Positions 36,363 to 47,057 of a stretch of DNA of 64,000 nucleotides are shown here, one piece after another. Position numbers and translations under genes: made by a program. Location: the IMG/VR virus record IMGVR_UViG_3300045257_000190, positions 3,493 to 67,492 of that record. One strand, written 5' to 3'. The notes below the pieces were generated by a model. It was not told the origin of the DNA. It was given only the letters and a program-made list of their open reading frames with translations, and did not search any database. The DNA comes from a virus. The stretch's first letter is position 1, and the number at the start of each line of letters is the position of its first letter.

Positions 36363-38986
36363 CAGATTAGCAACCCGCGAGCGGTCAGCGTGCCGGAGTA
36401 GGTGATCCTCACCGTCGCCCAAGGCGGGATCAAAACGTAGACGTTCGTGTTGGCGGCTACGGCACCACCTAGGAGGAACACGCCACCAATATCGACCATG
36501 TTGATGATCCCGGTTGAATAGAGCGTCAGAGACTCCGGCCTGGACCCAGCCCGATGTGTCCACGGCGACGCCGTAATCTGCGCAGCCCAGTCGAGCGCTA
36601 TGGGCGGCAGCCCGAGATTGCTGTCGATGACGTTCCCCGTTCCATTGTCAGCGATCGGCGTTGGACAGGTAACGAAGCTATTGCCGCTGATGGTAAAGCC
36701 ACCACTTCCAGGGGCCATATTGATGGCCGGCTGCGGCAGATTATAGAAGCTATTGCCAACGATGGTGCCGCCGAGTTGCGCGCCGGCAGCCACGACGATC
36801 CCCTGTCCAGTGGTAGGACTGGTCAGCGTTGACGTGAAACAGTTGGCGGTGATGTTTAGCTGCGCCTCACCGGTCACCTGCATCCCCACCCCGGTAGCCG
36901 GGATGAGGAACAACGAGGTGGTGACCATCACGGAGAAGATCGGCGTAGAGAGGTAAATCCCGGTGATGCAATTGAACTGGCAGTTAGTTACGGAAAGCTG
37001 CGCCTCGCCAGTCAACGGAGGCGCACTGATGCCGATGCCGCATCCGGTGAAGTTACAATTTACACACGCTACTCCCTGTATCCAGTTTCCGTAATTGATC
37101 CCGGTCCCGAGGTTGTTGAAGGTGCAGGAGTCGAAGTTGTAGAGCACGCCCGGCACCGAACTCGTGGCCTCCAAATCCAGGCCAATGCCGGTCGTCTCAT
37201 AGGCTCCCTGGTCAGTATGTCCCAGCACCAGCACGTTGAGGAACGAAATCTGGGTCAGCGCTGATACCTTAATCGCTGTCCCCCAGAAATGCGTCAGCAG
37301 CGCCCCGTCGCTCCCCATGAAGCTGACATTGGACACGTCCGACTGCGGTGAATTCGGAAAGCTAACGCTGGCAATTGTCAGGTTCAGCGCGAGGCCGATG
37401 GTGGCGCCACCGTTTGCCCCGGTGCAAAATGTCATGTCGCGCACATGCGCTGAATTGGTCAGGCCCGGCAGGTTGATCGCCAGACCACCGCCAGCGGCCC
37501 AGGTCAGCTTGGTGATGTCCGCACCGGCCCCCAATATGCTGATGACCGCGTTGGTGCCGAGGGTGACGGAGATGGCGGCCGTCAGCCGATAGTTACCGGC
37601 CGGGATGATCAACGCGCCGCCGGCTATGCGTATGGCGTTGAAGGCGGCGTTGAAGGCAGCGGTGTCATCCGTAGTGTTATCACCGACGGCACCGAACCAG
37701 TTCACATTGACCGGCTCGTTCTGCCAGCCGTCGCGATACCAGCGCCGCCCCGAGGCGTCGATAATTATGGTGCCACCATTGTCGGCGCCGGTGGTGTCAG
37801 TGCTCACATAAACAAATCTGCCACCACCTTTCGTGCCAGTCCCGGCATAGCTCCGCACCTGCACATCCGAGTTCGGTAGCGTAGCGGCGGTCATCGCCCG
37901 TAGCGCAGCGAGGGTCGCAACGGTTGCTGTTACGCGATCGGCGTATTGCTTGGTCGCCGCCTGCAACGCGAGCGCCGGATCGGCTGGCAGGGTCACGGTG
38001 CCGGTGAATGTCGGCGATGCGATCGGCGCGCCGCCCGCTCCGGTCACGTCGGCCAGCAGCAGGGTCACCGCGCCCGTGCGGGTGTTGAAACTATTCACAT
38101 CGACGTCGGACGTGGACGGGCTGTTGGTCAGCACCCACTGCGTCGAGTTGCCATCGTTGTAGGAAACGTAGAGTCCGGTCCCGGCGCTGTCCCACCAGAG
38201 CGCACCGGGCAGGATACCCGATGGTGGTGTATCGCTCACCGCAACCACGCCGGCGTGCGCGTCGGTGTATTGCTTGGTGGTCGCCATCAACGCGGTCGTA
38301 GGGTCGCGGTTCAGGGTGATGTCGGTGGCCGCCGCCATCGTAAGGCCGGCCGTGTTGACCGTGACCTTATCGACCCCGCCGACGGTGAGAACGTGGGCGG
38401 CAGTAGCGGGTACCACGTAGTTGGCGCGGTTGGAAGTAATGCTCATCCCAAACGTCGTGGCGTACAGCGCAATGTGCCTGCTCAGATCCGTGACGCCACC
38501 CGGCGCGACAACGCTGCCGAAATTAACACCACTCGAGAAACTCGTCGGCGTGTAGGAGGTATTCCCGGCAGCACTCAGGCTCAGCAGGTTAACCGGTGCC
38601 GTGGTGGAATTGGTGTAAGCCGGCATGCCGACAACTCGCAGCACCCCTGCGGCATTAGCTACAGCGACGAGGTTAGCACCGGCATTATCGGTGATACCGA
38701 GCGCTGGGTTGTTACCGGATCCAGTAAGCAACAGCTGCTTACCGTAATTGGCTGAACTCCAGCTACCCAGTGACGTGGTAAGAACCCCGCCGTTGAGCGG
38801 CAGGAACGCCCCCGAGCCAGCGATCGGCACAACCGACGTAGCCGTGCCACCGGACCCGCCAGTGCCCTCGCCGTAATACAGCGTATGGCTGGCCTCGTTA
38901 TAGGCCAGCTCAGCGTTCGCCAGCGAGGTCGGCGCTCCCACCCCATCCACCGCAAGACGACGTTTTACGCGAAGGGTGGCAACCAT
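36362..38986 (-). CDS. Tailspike, pectate-lyase-like beta-helix
   Basis: VNVNWFGAVGDNTTDDTAAFNAA...IPAGNY; I.GN.F repeats. Confidence 0.8.
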   Translation of the reverse strand: MVATLRVKRRLAVDGVGAPTSLANAELAYNEASHTLYYGEGTGGSGGTATSVVPIAGSGAFLPLNGGVLTTSLGSWSSANYGKQLLLTGSGNNPALGITDNAGANLVAVANAAGVLRVVGMPAYTNSTTAPVNLLSLSAAGNTSYTPTSFSSGVNFGSVVAPGGVTDLSRHIALYATTFGMSITSNRANYVVPATAAHVLTVGGVDKVTVNTAGLTMAAATDITLNRDPTTALMATTKQYTDAHAGVVAVSDTPPSGILPGALWWDSAGTGLYVSYNDGNSTQWVLTNSPSTSDVDVNSFNTRTGAVTLLLADVTGAGGAPIASPTFTGTVTLPADPALALQAATKQYADRVTATVATLAALRAMTAATLPNSDVQVRSYAGTGTKGGGRFVYVSTDTTGADNGGTIIIDASGRRWYRDGWQNEPVNVNWFGAVGDNTTDDTAAFNAAFNAIRIAGGALIIPAGNYRLTAAISVTLGTNAVISILGAGADITKLTWAAGGGLAINLPGLTNSAHVRDMTFCTGANGGATIGLALNLTIASVSFPNSPQSDVSNVSFMGSDGALLTHFWGTAIKVSALTQISFLNVLVLGHTDQGAYETTGIGLDLEATSSVPGVLYNFDSCTFNNLGTGINYGNWIQGVACVNCNFTGCGIGISAPPLTGEAQLSVTNCQFNCITGIYLSTPIFSVMVTTSLFLIPATGVGMQVTGEAQLNITANCFTSTLTSPTTGQGIVVAAGAQLGGTIVGNSFYNLPQPAINMAPGSGGFTISGNSFVTCPTPIADNGTGNVIDSNLGLPPIALDWAAQITASPWTHRAGSRPESLTLYSTGIINMVDIGGVFLLGGAVAANTNVYVLIPPWATVRITYSGTLTARGLLI

Positions 38987-38989
38987 GGT

Positions 38990-40900
38990 TCAGAACGACC
39001 CGCCATCCAGCTGGATGCCGTCGATCGTGCCGCCGGTGATCGCCACCGCAGTGGCGTTCTGCAGCGCCATCGTGCCCAGGCCCGAAATGTCGGTCGAAGC
39101 AAGCTGCGCCTGCGCGGTAAACGCCGACGTGCCATTACCCTTGAGGAACCCGGTCAGTGTGGTCGCACCCGAACCACCGCGTGCCACTGATATCGTCGTG
39201 GCGTTCCAGGTACCGGTGCCGATCGTCCCAACCGTTGTGATGCTCGCCTGACCGACATAGGTGGCGTCAATGTCCACGTTGTCGGCGAACACCGCGATCC
39301 GCCCGGCGGTGCCGATCACGTCGAACGAATTACCCGTGCGGGTCATACCGCCGCCGGCGGTGACCTGAGCTGCCTGGGAGAACTGCACCCAGGTGATCGC
39401 CGTGGTACCCAGCGTGCCGCCGATCGCCGAGTTGCACACCCACGAGCTGTTGGAATTCAGCGTGCCGTTGACGACGAACACGTAGGCCTGTGGCACTTCC
39501 GCCCAGGCGTCCATGTCGGTGGCACGCACCCAGGCAGTACTCGCCGCGACGTAGATGCCGTTGTTCTGCGCGAGCGTCTGGTCCTTCACCAGCACCCGGT
39601 CGTTGGCGACCATGGTATAGCCGTCGAGGCTCTGCAGCCCGGACAGCGTGATGTTCGCACCCACCGTGGCGACCTGAACGGCACCCTTGGCCAGCAGGCC
39701 GGTGGCGCTCTGGTCCACATAACGCTTGGTCGCTGCGTCTCCCGCACTGATGGGATCCGCGAGGTTGTTCAGCAGTTGGTTGTTCCAGCTCACCGCAGCG
39801 GTCGGCACCGCCTGCTGGTCCTGCCGGACACCCATCGCGAACGCCGTGGTGGCAATCTGCGTGGTGTTGGTGCCCGACGCCGCTGTCGGCGCGGTCGGCG
39901 TGCCGGTGACCGCCGGGGACACCAGGGGCGCAAAGTTCGTCGAGACAAATGCAGTGGTCGCCACCTGCGTGGTGCTGTTGGGATAGGTCGCGGTCGGTGC
40001 CGCCGGCACGCCGGTGAACGTCGGCGACGCCAGATTGGCTTTCGAGGTGTCCGACGGGTGAACGTGGTCGCCCCTGGCATAGGTCGTCAGCGCCCCAATG
40101 GCGGCCGTCCCGTCCATCACCGGCGTGGTGGAGGACGCCACCGGCAGCGCCGCCGTGGTGGCGTAGCTCTGGGCTTTGACGAACGCCGTGGTCGCTATGC
40201 TGGTATCGTTGTCGGCAGTCAGCGGTGTCGGCGCCTGCGGGTCGCCGGTGAATACAGGCGAGGCCAGAGGCGCGCGCGACGTATCGGTGGGGTGCGCGTG
40301 GTCGTTGCGCGCATACGTGGTGCCGACACCGACCGAACCCAGGCCTGCATCTACCAGCGGCGTAGTGCTCGACGGGTTCGGTACCGCCCCGCCCGTAGCG
40401 TAACCCTGGGCCTTCACGAAGGCCGTGGTCGCTATGCTCGTGTCATTATCGGCGGTGGCCGGCGTGGGTGCCTGCGGGTCGCCGGTGAACACCGGCGAGG
40501 CCAGCGTGGCGTAGCCCTGGTTTTTCACATACGCCGTGGTTGCCACGCTCGTGTCGTTGTCGGCGGTGGCTGGCGTGGGTGCCTGCGGATCACCGGTAAA
40601 CACCGGGTTGGCCAGAGGCGCCCGCGTGGTGTCGGTCGGGTGCACGTGGTCCGCGCGCGACCATGTCGTCGCGGTGCCGGCCAGGGCAACCGTCGCATCT
40701 TGCAGGGGTAAGCTCGTCGAGGATAACCCCTGCCCGGCGATCCCCACGATAACCGACGCGGTGCCGCCGGCACCGCCCGTGCCCTCGCCGTAATACAGGA
40801 TATGATCCTGTTCGTTGTAGGCCAGCTCAGCGTTGGCCAGCGAACTCGGGGCACCCGGCGCACCCGTCGTGCGACGCTTGATGCGCAGGACATCAGTCAT
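38990..40900 (-). CDS. Tail fibre with internal repeats
   Basis: ASPVFTGDPQAPTP.TADNDTSIATTAFV x3-5; DRVLVKDQT...NGIY. Confidence 0.8.
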   Translation of the reverse strand: MTDVLRIKRRTTGAPGAPSSLANAELAYNEQDHILYYGEGTGGAGGTASVIVGIAGQGLSSTSLPLQDATVALAGTATTWSRADHVHPTDTTRAPLANPVFTGDPQAPTPATADNDTSVATTAYVKNQGYATLASPVFTGDPQAPTPATADNDTSIATTAFVKAQGYATGGAVPNPSSTTPLVDAGLGSVGVGTTYARNDHAHPTDTSRAPLASPVFTGDPQAPTPLTADNDTSIATTAFVKAQSYATTAALPVASSTTPVMDGTAAIGALTTYARGDHVHPSDTSKANLASPTFTGVPAAPTATYPNSTTQVATTAFVSTNFAPLVSPAVTGTPTAPTAASGTNTTQIATTAFAMGVRQDQQAVPTAAVSWNNQLLNNLADPISAGDAATKRYVDQSATGLLAKGAVQVATVGANITLSGLQSLDGYTMVANDRVLVKDQTLAQNNGIYVAASTAWVRATDMDAWAEVPQAYVFVVNGTLNSNSSWVCNSAIGGTLGTTAITWVQFSQAAQVTAGGGMTRTGNSFDVIGTAGRIAVFADNVDIDATYVGQASITTVGTIGTGTWNATTISVARGGSGATTLTGFLKGNGTSAFTAQAQLASTDISGLGTMALQNATAVAITGGTIDGIQLDGGSF

Positions 40901-40926
40901 TTATTGGGTTCCTTGTCGTTGCCATA

Positions 40927-41253
40927 TCAAAAGTTTCCGCCATCGATTAGATCAGTGGTAACCACCACCCAGGCGGCGGTGTTCCGCCCGTATGTGTTGC
41001 CGTCTTGCGGTGCATCCGGCAGACCCCCGTCACCACTATGCGCATCCACGTAACCCTTGTTCGCTGCGTCGTACTGGCCGACGGGATCCCCCGTCTGTAG
41101 CGTCAGCGTGCCGAGCATCACGCCGCCCATGAGCGACAGGAACGGCCCACCGATCACCGCCGGGTCGCTGTTGTCCAGCTTCCTGGCGAACCAGGAATTC
41201 CACTCGTCCGCTGATGGGATGTATCCCTTGTGCCAGTTGGGTTGTTCGCTCAC
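40927..41253 (-). CDS. Short fibre/adaptor module protein
   Basis: PNW..GY.PSA.EWN.W, AANKGYVD, DAPQDG..YGR, IDGGNF. Confidence 0.65.
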   Translation of the reverse strand: MSEQPNWHKGYIPSADEWNSWFARKLDNSDPAVIGGPFLSLMGGVMLGTLTLQTGDPVGQYDAANKGYVDAHSGDGGLPDAPQDGNTYGRNTAAWVVVTTDLIDGGNF

Positions 41254-41256
41254 GGC

Positions 41257-41442
41257 TTACTCGTTGCTGACGAGCTTCATCGGGGGGTTGTCGGATACGT
41301 TGGCATCGATGATTTCTTGCAGCGCCTGCATGACCTGCATGAACACCGGGGCCTCGCCGCCCTTAATGTCCGTGCGGGACAACAGGACCATGGCGTTACG
41401 GGCAATCTCTGGGGACATTGAATTCTCCTGATGGTGGTTCAC
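41257..41442 (-). CDS. Small hypothetical protein
   Basis: In operon; possible internal start MSPE. Confidence 0.5.
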   Translation of the reverse strand: MNHHQENSMSPEIARNAMVLLSRTDIKGGEAPVFMQVMQALQEIIDANVSDNPPMKLVSNE

Positions 41443-43658
41443 GCCAGCACCATAGCGCGCGCTTGCACCCCTGTGGACGTGAGTTCTTGCAGCTCGATAT
41501 TAGACAGCACGCGCGGCCAGTAGCGGATGCGCGATTTGAAGCCGTTCTGTGTGGCCTGCCGGATCGCGCTCAGATTCAGTCGGTTGCTCGAGACGGGCGG
41601 GGTGCCCGTACTCGTCACCACCGCGCCGCCGTTCAGTGCTCCGGTGAGTACGCCGGCATTGTATGTCATCGCCGCTCTAAACGGCACACCAGGGACGATC
41701 GTATTCTGAGTGTTCGCCGACGCCTGACCCACGCCCGCGCTTGCCTCGATGATATAAAACGAATTAGCGGTGCATCGGGCGATGGTGCAGTTGTTGATGC
41801 TGCCGTCATCGAACCCGACGATGTCCTGATTGCCCGCGTTGACCTGTTGCATCGTCGCGTCCACCGCGAACGACCCCAGCGTGGGACTGTACCAGGGCGC
41901 GCCAGCCGGCATCGAGCACACGTCAGCCGTACGGGTCACGGCCCCAGCCGTTGTTGGGATGTAGCTAGTGGGCGCCGTCACAAACGCCGACGTCTCGACC
42001 TGTGGACCCCAGGCGAAGATGCCGAGGCCGGTGCTGGCGGGGGTGTAGTTTTGAGCAACAACGGTTACGGTAGCCGGGGCTGGGAAGAAACCAAAAACAT
42101 AAGACCCACCAGTGCCGGTACTGGTAGCCGTCGCCGACACACGATACCAACCGTTCGGGTAGGGCACGATCGTGCAGACGGTAGCCCCACTTGTTGCCAC
42201 GATGGTGCCAGCCGCCAAGTCAAACAGCCCGCCAGTATTTCCCGCAGGAAATGCCGTATTACCAAAAGCCATCGATACACGCGTATAAGCGTTGGCCTTC
42301 ACAAACACACTGCCAACGTAGGTCGTATTTATCGCTCCGTTATATGGTCTATATATAAGGTGAGCACTGGCTACCGTGTCGTTAGTCACTACGCTCGACG
42401 CGTTGGTGGTGCCGTCCGGCGACACGGTCACATTGTCAGTCGTCAGCAAACAAGCTGCGGGTGAAACGGACCAACCCGCCAGGGCAACGCTCGTGGTTTC
42501 TAAATTGGTCCGCGTCTCCTCGATCAACAGGCCCAGCGGCGCGAGCGTGCTTGGGTGATAACCGAACCGTGGCGCGTTGATCGCGGCGGTTCGTATGGTG
42601 CCGGTGTTATCGACGTAGGTGCCGGTGGTGCTGCGGGTGAGCGTGAGCTTAGGATCGAGCGTAGGACCAGTAAGATTTAGATCCAGCACCGGCGCCAGCG
42701 TGATGGCTTGCAGATCGGCATTGGCCAGATCGGTCGGCCAGTAGCGAGCGCGGTAGATCGTGCCGCAGAGAAAAAGACTGCTGTTCGCAGAGCCAACCCC
42801 CAGCGTGGTTAAACCGCTCTGGATGCTTGCCGCAACTCCAACAGCCGCAGCCCCGCCATTAAGGCTGCCCGACTGCCTACCGTTGCGAAATGCACCGGCG
42901 GCCTGATAGATGACGCCAAGCGGTGGCACGCCTCCGGGTAGATCCACAACTCCTGCAACTGCGTCACTTAACGAGATGTTGCCAGAAGCACGATGCAATA
43001 GACCGGAGCGGCTAGCACCGACATAGGCGCCAAAGGGCACGCAGGCGTTGATGTTCAAGAAGGACTCTGACGCTTGGACGTAGTATGTGCTCGCCGCCGG
43101 ATTGAACCAGACGTCCAGCGGCATCGTGCAGAGATCCGCCCCGCGTGCAACGAAGGTGCCGGTGGTCGGGATGTAGGATGTCGGAAACGAAACACCACTC
43201 GTGGAACTCGCGCGCTCCAGTTGAAACCGCGTCAACGAGCCGGTTACGGTAACCACCATGGTGCCGGCAGTCGTCAGAACAAAGGACGCCGGGTTACCGG
43301 CGGTGGCAGTGATGGGAAGGGTGGTGGAGGAAATTCCAGTGCCGGCAGTCACGGTGGCGCTGCCGGTGCCGATCACCCAGAGGATATACACATTGTTTGC
43401 CGGCGCCCCGAGTGACGCAAGTGTTTGGGTTGCCGGCGCGTCGCTATTCAGCAAGAAATTAGTGCGGGTTTCTTCGGTATAGAGGCCGCCGCCGATGAAG
43501 CGCGGCACACTCGCCGCATAACTGGTATAAGTCGACCCGGGCGCATCGGTATAAAAACTGTTGGTTCCAACGCTGTTGCGAAAGAACGTCAGCCCAGCCG
43601 GCAGCACGCCCTGCGTGAAGTCCAGATCGAGCGACGGTGTGCTGAGACTGCCCGACAT
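41439..43658 (-). CDS. Virion spike protein with duplicated ConA/LamG-like units
   Basis: Two copies of LDL...R...PRF...EETRTN...Q.E...PTSYIPTT...R.AD. Confidence 0.7.
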   Translation of the reverse strand: MSGSLSTPSLDLDFTQGVLPAGLTFFRNSVGTNSFYTDAPGSTYTSYAASVPRFIGGGLYTEETRTNFLLNSDAPATQTLASLGAPANNVYILWVIGTGSATVTAGTGISSTTLPITATAGNPASFVLTTAGTMVVTVTGSLTRFQLERASSTSGVSFPTSYIPTTGTFVARGADLCTMPLDVWFNPAASTYYVQASESFLNINACVPFGAYVGASRSGLLHRASGNISLSDAVAGVVDLPGGVPPLGVIYQAAGAFRNGRQSGSLNGGAAAVGVAASIQSGLTTLGVGSANSSLFLCGTIYRARYWPTDLANADLQAITLAPVLDLNLTGPTLDPKLTLTRSTTGTYVDNTGTIRTAAINAPRFGYHPSTLAPLGLLIEETRTNLETTSVALAGWSVSPAACLLTTDNVTVSPDGTTNASSVVTNDTVASAHLIYRPYNGAINTTYVGSVFVKANAYTRVSMAFGNTAFPAGNTGGLFDLAAGTIVATSGATVCTIVPYPNGWYRVSATATSTGTGGSYVFGFFPAPATVTVVAQNYTPASTGLGIFAWGPQVETSAFVTAPTSYIPTTAGAVTRTADVCSMPAGAPWYSPTLGSFAVDATMQQVNAGNQDIVGFDDGSINNCTIARCTANSFYIIEASAGVGQASANTQNTIVPGVPFRAAMTYNAGVLTGALNGGAVVTSTGTPPVSSNRLNLSAIRQATQNGFKSRIRYWPRVLSNIELQELTSTGVQARAMVLA

Positions 43659-45181
43659 TACACGCGCGCCGCCAGCACGGTGATCCCCACGTCCGCCAAC
43701 GTGGCGTCCTGCGTCGTAGGCGCCACCATCTGCAGGATGTCACCCACCGCCAACGAGCCGCCGGCACCCGCCAATGTGGCGCTGGTGGCCGAAGTGGTGG
43801 TGATGGTGATGGTGCCAAGCGCCGACGTCACACCAGCGACGGTGATCTTGTTCAGCGTGAACACGGCATTCGCCGTGGCCCTGGTCACGTCATACACCAC
43901 AGTGCCGGCAAGGTTGGCGGGCACGGTTATCGCCATCGCCGTGGGCATGTTCACTACCGCGCTGGCGGTGGGCCGGCCGGCGAACGGGAAGCTGATCGGA
44001 AGTTGTTGTACTTCGGTAGGGAGCGAAGCGTAACCGATAGCCCCCGCCGGGAACGTGATGCCGCCGGTGCCAGTCTGCGCGAAAACGATCGGGTTACCCG
44101 CCGTTGCGCCGCCCGTAATCATAAGTCTGTTGCCAGCAGCGGGTCCAATCGTCACCGGCGTGATCGTTGCGCTGAAGGTGATGGCACCGCTATAGGTATG
44201 GTTACTGGAAAATGTGCCAGTGAAAACGCCGCCCCCGTTCAGCGTTGTTGTGCCGGTCACCGTCAGCGCATTACCCACCGCCGTCGTGGCGCTGGACACC
44301 GTCAGGATGTCGGTAGAACCAACCATCATCACATGCGATGTGAGGGCGTTATAATTCAGCCGAAAACCACTCGCTACGCTAAACCCGATTTGTCCCGCAT
44401 ATAGATTAATGTGCTGCGAGAGATCGGTGGTGCTGGCAGCTTGGCGGTTGCCGAACGCGATGCCGGCACCGAACGTGCTCAGTCCGGTTGCACGGGTGAT
44501 CGTCAAAGGAGCGGGCGTTAAGGCGACGCCGGTGTCACTGTAACGGGTAAGCGAGAAGTCCGACCCAGCATTGCTGCCGCTCTCAGCAGTGGTATCCCCA
44601 AGCACCAGCATCCAGCGGTTCAATACGTTTCGCTTGGAGATGAGATAGCCCGCCGCCAGACCGGCTTGTCCGTCCATAATCACGCCCGGCCAGCTAGGGC
44701 CGATGCTGGTGATATACAGTCTGGAATCGGCACCGGTGATTGTGATCGGACTGGACGACCCGGTGAACGTCACCGGGCCAGTGACAGTCTGCCCACCGAT
44801 CAGCTTAAGGAAGGGCCCGCCTTGCGCGCCCGTGGTGTCGTTGAGCTGCTGCAGGGTGATCGCCTGCTGCGGGTTGGTCGCCGGCGGCCCGGTGAGCAGC
44901 AGGGGCCCCAGCATGGTGTCGCCGGCGACATGCAGGTAGGGCGCGTCGGTGAGCTGCTGCAGCGTGGCCGGCTCCAGCGGCGTCATCGCCGGACCCGCCA
45001 GGACCAGCGTGCCCTGCATGGTGCCGCCCACCAAACGTAAATAGGGCGCCAATGCGATCGTGGCGTCGGACGCGTCGAGCTTCATCGCCCACCACGCGTT
45101 CCACTCGGCGGCCGAAGGCACGTACCCATCCAGCCAGTTCGGCGATTTACCGACAATCAGATTGGTGGAGCCATCCAGCAC
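43658..45181 (-). CDS. Tail fibre protein
   Basis: [18 protein letters not shown]; GG.M.G.L repeats; [10 protein letters not shown]. Confidence 0.7.
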   Translation of the reverse strand: MLDGSTNLIVGKSPNWLDGYVPSAAEWNAWWAMKLDASDATIALAPYLRLVGGTMQGTLVLAGPAMTPLEPATLQQLTDAPYLHVAGDTMLGPLLLTGPPATNPQQAITLQQLNDTTGAQGGPFLKLIGGQTVTGPVTFTGSSSPITITGADSRLYITSIGPSWPGVIMDGQAGLAAGYLISKRNVLNRWMLVLGDTTAESGSNAGSDFSLTRYSDTGVALTPAPLTITRATGLSTFGAGIAFGNRQAASTTDLSQHINLYAGQIGFSVASGFRLNYNALTSHVMMVGSTDILTVSSATTAVGNALTVTGTTTLNGGGVFTGTFSSNHTYSGAITFSATITPVTIGPAAGNRLMITGGATAGNPIVFAQTGTGGITFPAGAIGYASLPTEVQQLPISFPFAGRPTASAVVNMPTAMAITVPANLAGTVVYDVTRATANAVFTLNKITVAGVTSALGTITITTTSATSATLAGAGGSLAVGDILQMVAPTTQDATLADVGITVLAARV

Positions 45182-45819
45182 TACTGCTTCCTCCGGCCGT
45201 GCGCGTAGTACGGGTAGATACGCCGGGGCGATTGTTGATCGGTGTGCAACCGCTCAGAGATGTCACGCGCCCGGTTCAGTCCCATACGGAACCGCTGTCC
45301 GTGGTATTGCGCAAGCTGTGCCGAGGACCAGGGTTTCGCCGGCTGGCCGGTCAGGCGAAACATCGTGCCGTCCAGCATGGTCTCGAACCACGTGCTCCAG
45401 AGTTCCGGAAACGCGTTCTGCTGTTGCACCGCCTGGAACGAGGTCGGCTTGAGCACCACCCACGCCCAGCCGGTGCGTGCCGCCAGCGGTGGCACCTGAA
45501 GATCCTCGAGGATCGCCGGAGGTACTACGCGGAAATTGGTCAGCCCGTATTGTGAGAGCACCCAGGTCACCAGCTGGGTCGAGCTGAACGGGTTGAAATC
45601 CACCTGAAAGACGCCCGGCGCCATCTGCCAGTAAGCTTTCTCGCGGAAATACAGGCTGCGAATGCAGAACTCGTCCACGGCGTTCCACAGTGCCAGCTGG
45701 ATCAGCGGCTGCGTGGTCGCCGGCAGCGTCGCGAGCACGTTGTCATACACGCGTTCCACGCCAGAATTGGTGCCCAGCGTCGCGCGCATATCATCCGATG
45801 GTGTGACAGTCGCACTCAT
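45181..45819 (-). CDS. Head-tail adaptor / tail tubular protein A-like
   Basis: A..EFC.RS...R; G...RL..QP.KPWS..LA.Y...F. Confidence 0.65.
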   Translation of the reverse strand: MSATVTPSDDMRATLGTNSGVERVYDNVLATLPATTQPLIQLALWNAVDEFCIRSLYFREKAYWQMAPGVFQVDFNPFSSTQLVTWVLSQYGLTNFRVVPPAILEDLQVPPLAARTGWAWVVLKPTSFQAVQQQNAFPELWSTWFETMLDGTMFRLTGQPAKPWSSAQLAQYHGQRFRMGLNRARDISERLHTDQQSPRRIYPYYAHGRRKQ

Positions 45820-46199
45820 GACGCCACCTGTAATAGCTGCGAAATACTCTTATTCATCAAAGTAACAGCGCGACTGTCATCGCTATAAGGATCATCACGT
45901 AGCTCACAACGGCCAACCACGTAGTAAACGAAAGCGTTGTAAACACTGTAATCCAGTGGGAAAGGCAGATCCATATCTGTTGCCGGATTGTAGTACGGCG
46001 CGCCATTGCGCAATCCTATGAGCAGGAACACATCCGGGCGCTTCACCCGTACTTCGAGCATAAATCCGTTGATGCACTCGAACATCTCGGCGTCGCTGAA
46101 GCGCGTGCCCCCGGTATCAGGTCCCGTCGACGGCGGATCCTTGTCCTGCAACAAGGTGCGCGCCTCGAGGATGAGCGTGCGGAATGTGCGCCCGGCCAC
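45816..46199 (-). CDS. Head-tail connector-like protein
   Basis: AR.LLQD...RFSD.E....N......RPD. Confidence 0.6.
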   Translation of the reverse strand: MAGRTFRTLILEARTLLQDKDPPSTGPDTGGTRFSDAEMFECINGFMLEVRVKRPDVFLLIGLRNGAPYYNPATDMDLPFPLDYSVYNAFVYYVVGRCELRDDPYSDDSRAVTLMNKSISQLLQVAS

Positions 46200-46202
46200 G
46201 GA

Positions 46203-46619
46203 TCAGCGCCCCTTTCTCGCAGGTAAGCGGCCCTTGTTGATGGTGTTCAGCGCCTTGGTACCCAGCCGGTTCACCGCCGACTTGCGCACCACGAACTCGC
46301 CCTTCTGGGCAGGTATCAGCCCGTCGTCCTTGCCGATGCGGGGGCCCGAGGTGCGCTTGATCTTGCCCCCGCGCGCCAGCCCACCGGTCTGCTGGTCGGG
46401 CGGCGGAGGCGTATAGCCGGCACCACTGGGCGGACCCGGCGCGCCCAGCTTGGCTTTCGCCTGATCGGTCAGCTCGTCGTAGTACTTGCCCCGCTTATAG
46501 GCGGCGTACGCCGACGTCACGCCGCCGAAGCCCTTGGAGATGCTGTCGCCGAGCGAGGACGAGCTGATCTGCCCGCCCTCGTCGAAGCCCTTGCGCCGGG
46601 GTTTGGGTTTACTTGCCAC
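46203..46619 (-). CDS. Small basic virion protein
   Basis: GFDEGGQI; GLARGGKI..GP...D..IPAQ.GEFVVR..AV...G...L..IN.G. Confidence 0.7.
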   Translation of the reverse strand: MASKPKPRRKGFDEGGQISSSSLGDSISKGFGGVTSAYAAYKRGKYYDELTDQAKAKLGAPGPPSGAGYTPPPPDQQTGGLARGGKIKRTSGPRIGKDDGLIPAQKGEFVVRKSAVNRLGTKALNTINKGRLPARKGR

Positions 46620-46833
46620 GGCGGATCACCTTGCGGACCTTGCCGCCACGCGCCTTACCTTCGTCCGAGAACGGCGTGGCCTCCCGGCCTTGCAACGCAT
46701 TCTGCCGCGCACGGTACTGAAGGTAATCGTTGTATGACTCCATATCGTCGTCCTTTTTCGGTGGCGCACTAACCTGCCCACCCTCAGCATAGCCCTTGCG
46801 CTTCGGCACAGATTTCTTGATGGGACGCTTCAC
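46609..46833 (-). CDS. Small basic protein
   Basis: GTG start overlapping upstream TGA; GYAEGGQV, GKARGGKV. Confidence 0.6.
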   Translation of the reverse strand: MKRPIKKSVPKRKGYAEGGQVSAPPKKDDDMESYNDYLQYRARQNALQGREATPFSDEGKARGGKVRKVIRRGK

Positions 46834-47057
46834 CGGCGTTTCGCCTTCTTCTTGGCGCCCACCTTGCCGCCTCGGGCGAACCCCATCGGCGAGGCGCCGC
46901 CGCCCATACCCCCGCCAATGCCCGGAGGAGCCCCTGGAGGCCCTGCGGCGGGTGGGGTCTGCACCGGAGGCGGCGGCAAGGGAGGCGGTCCCTTGCGCTT
47001 CGGAGGGGCCTTGCCGGCGCTCTTGCCGGCGCCCCCGAACGGTGGCGGACGTGCCAT
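46830..47057 (-). CDS. Small basic Pro/Gly-rich protein
   Basis: GFARGGKV; coupled ORF. Confidence 0.6.
   Translation of the reverse strand: MARPPPFGGAGKSAGKAPPKRKGPPPLPPPPVQTPPAAGPPGAPPGIGGGMGGGASPMGFARGGKVGAKKKAKRR

Noticed and set aside
32080-45181. Diversity-generating retroelement or invertible fibre cassette
   Set aside because: No reverse transcriptase or invertase; repeats differ at synonymous sites, not specifically at adenines.
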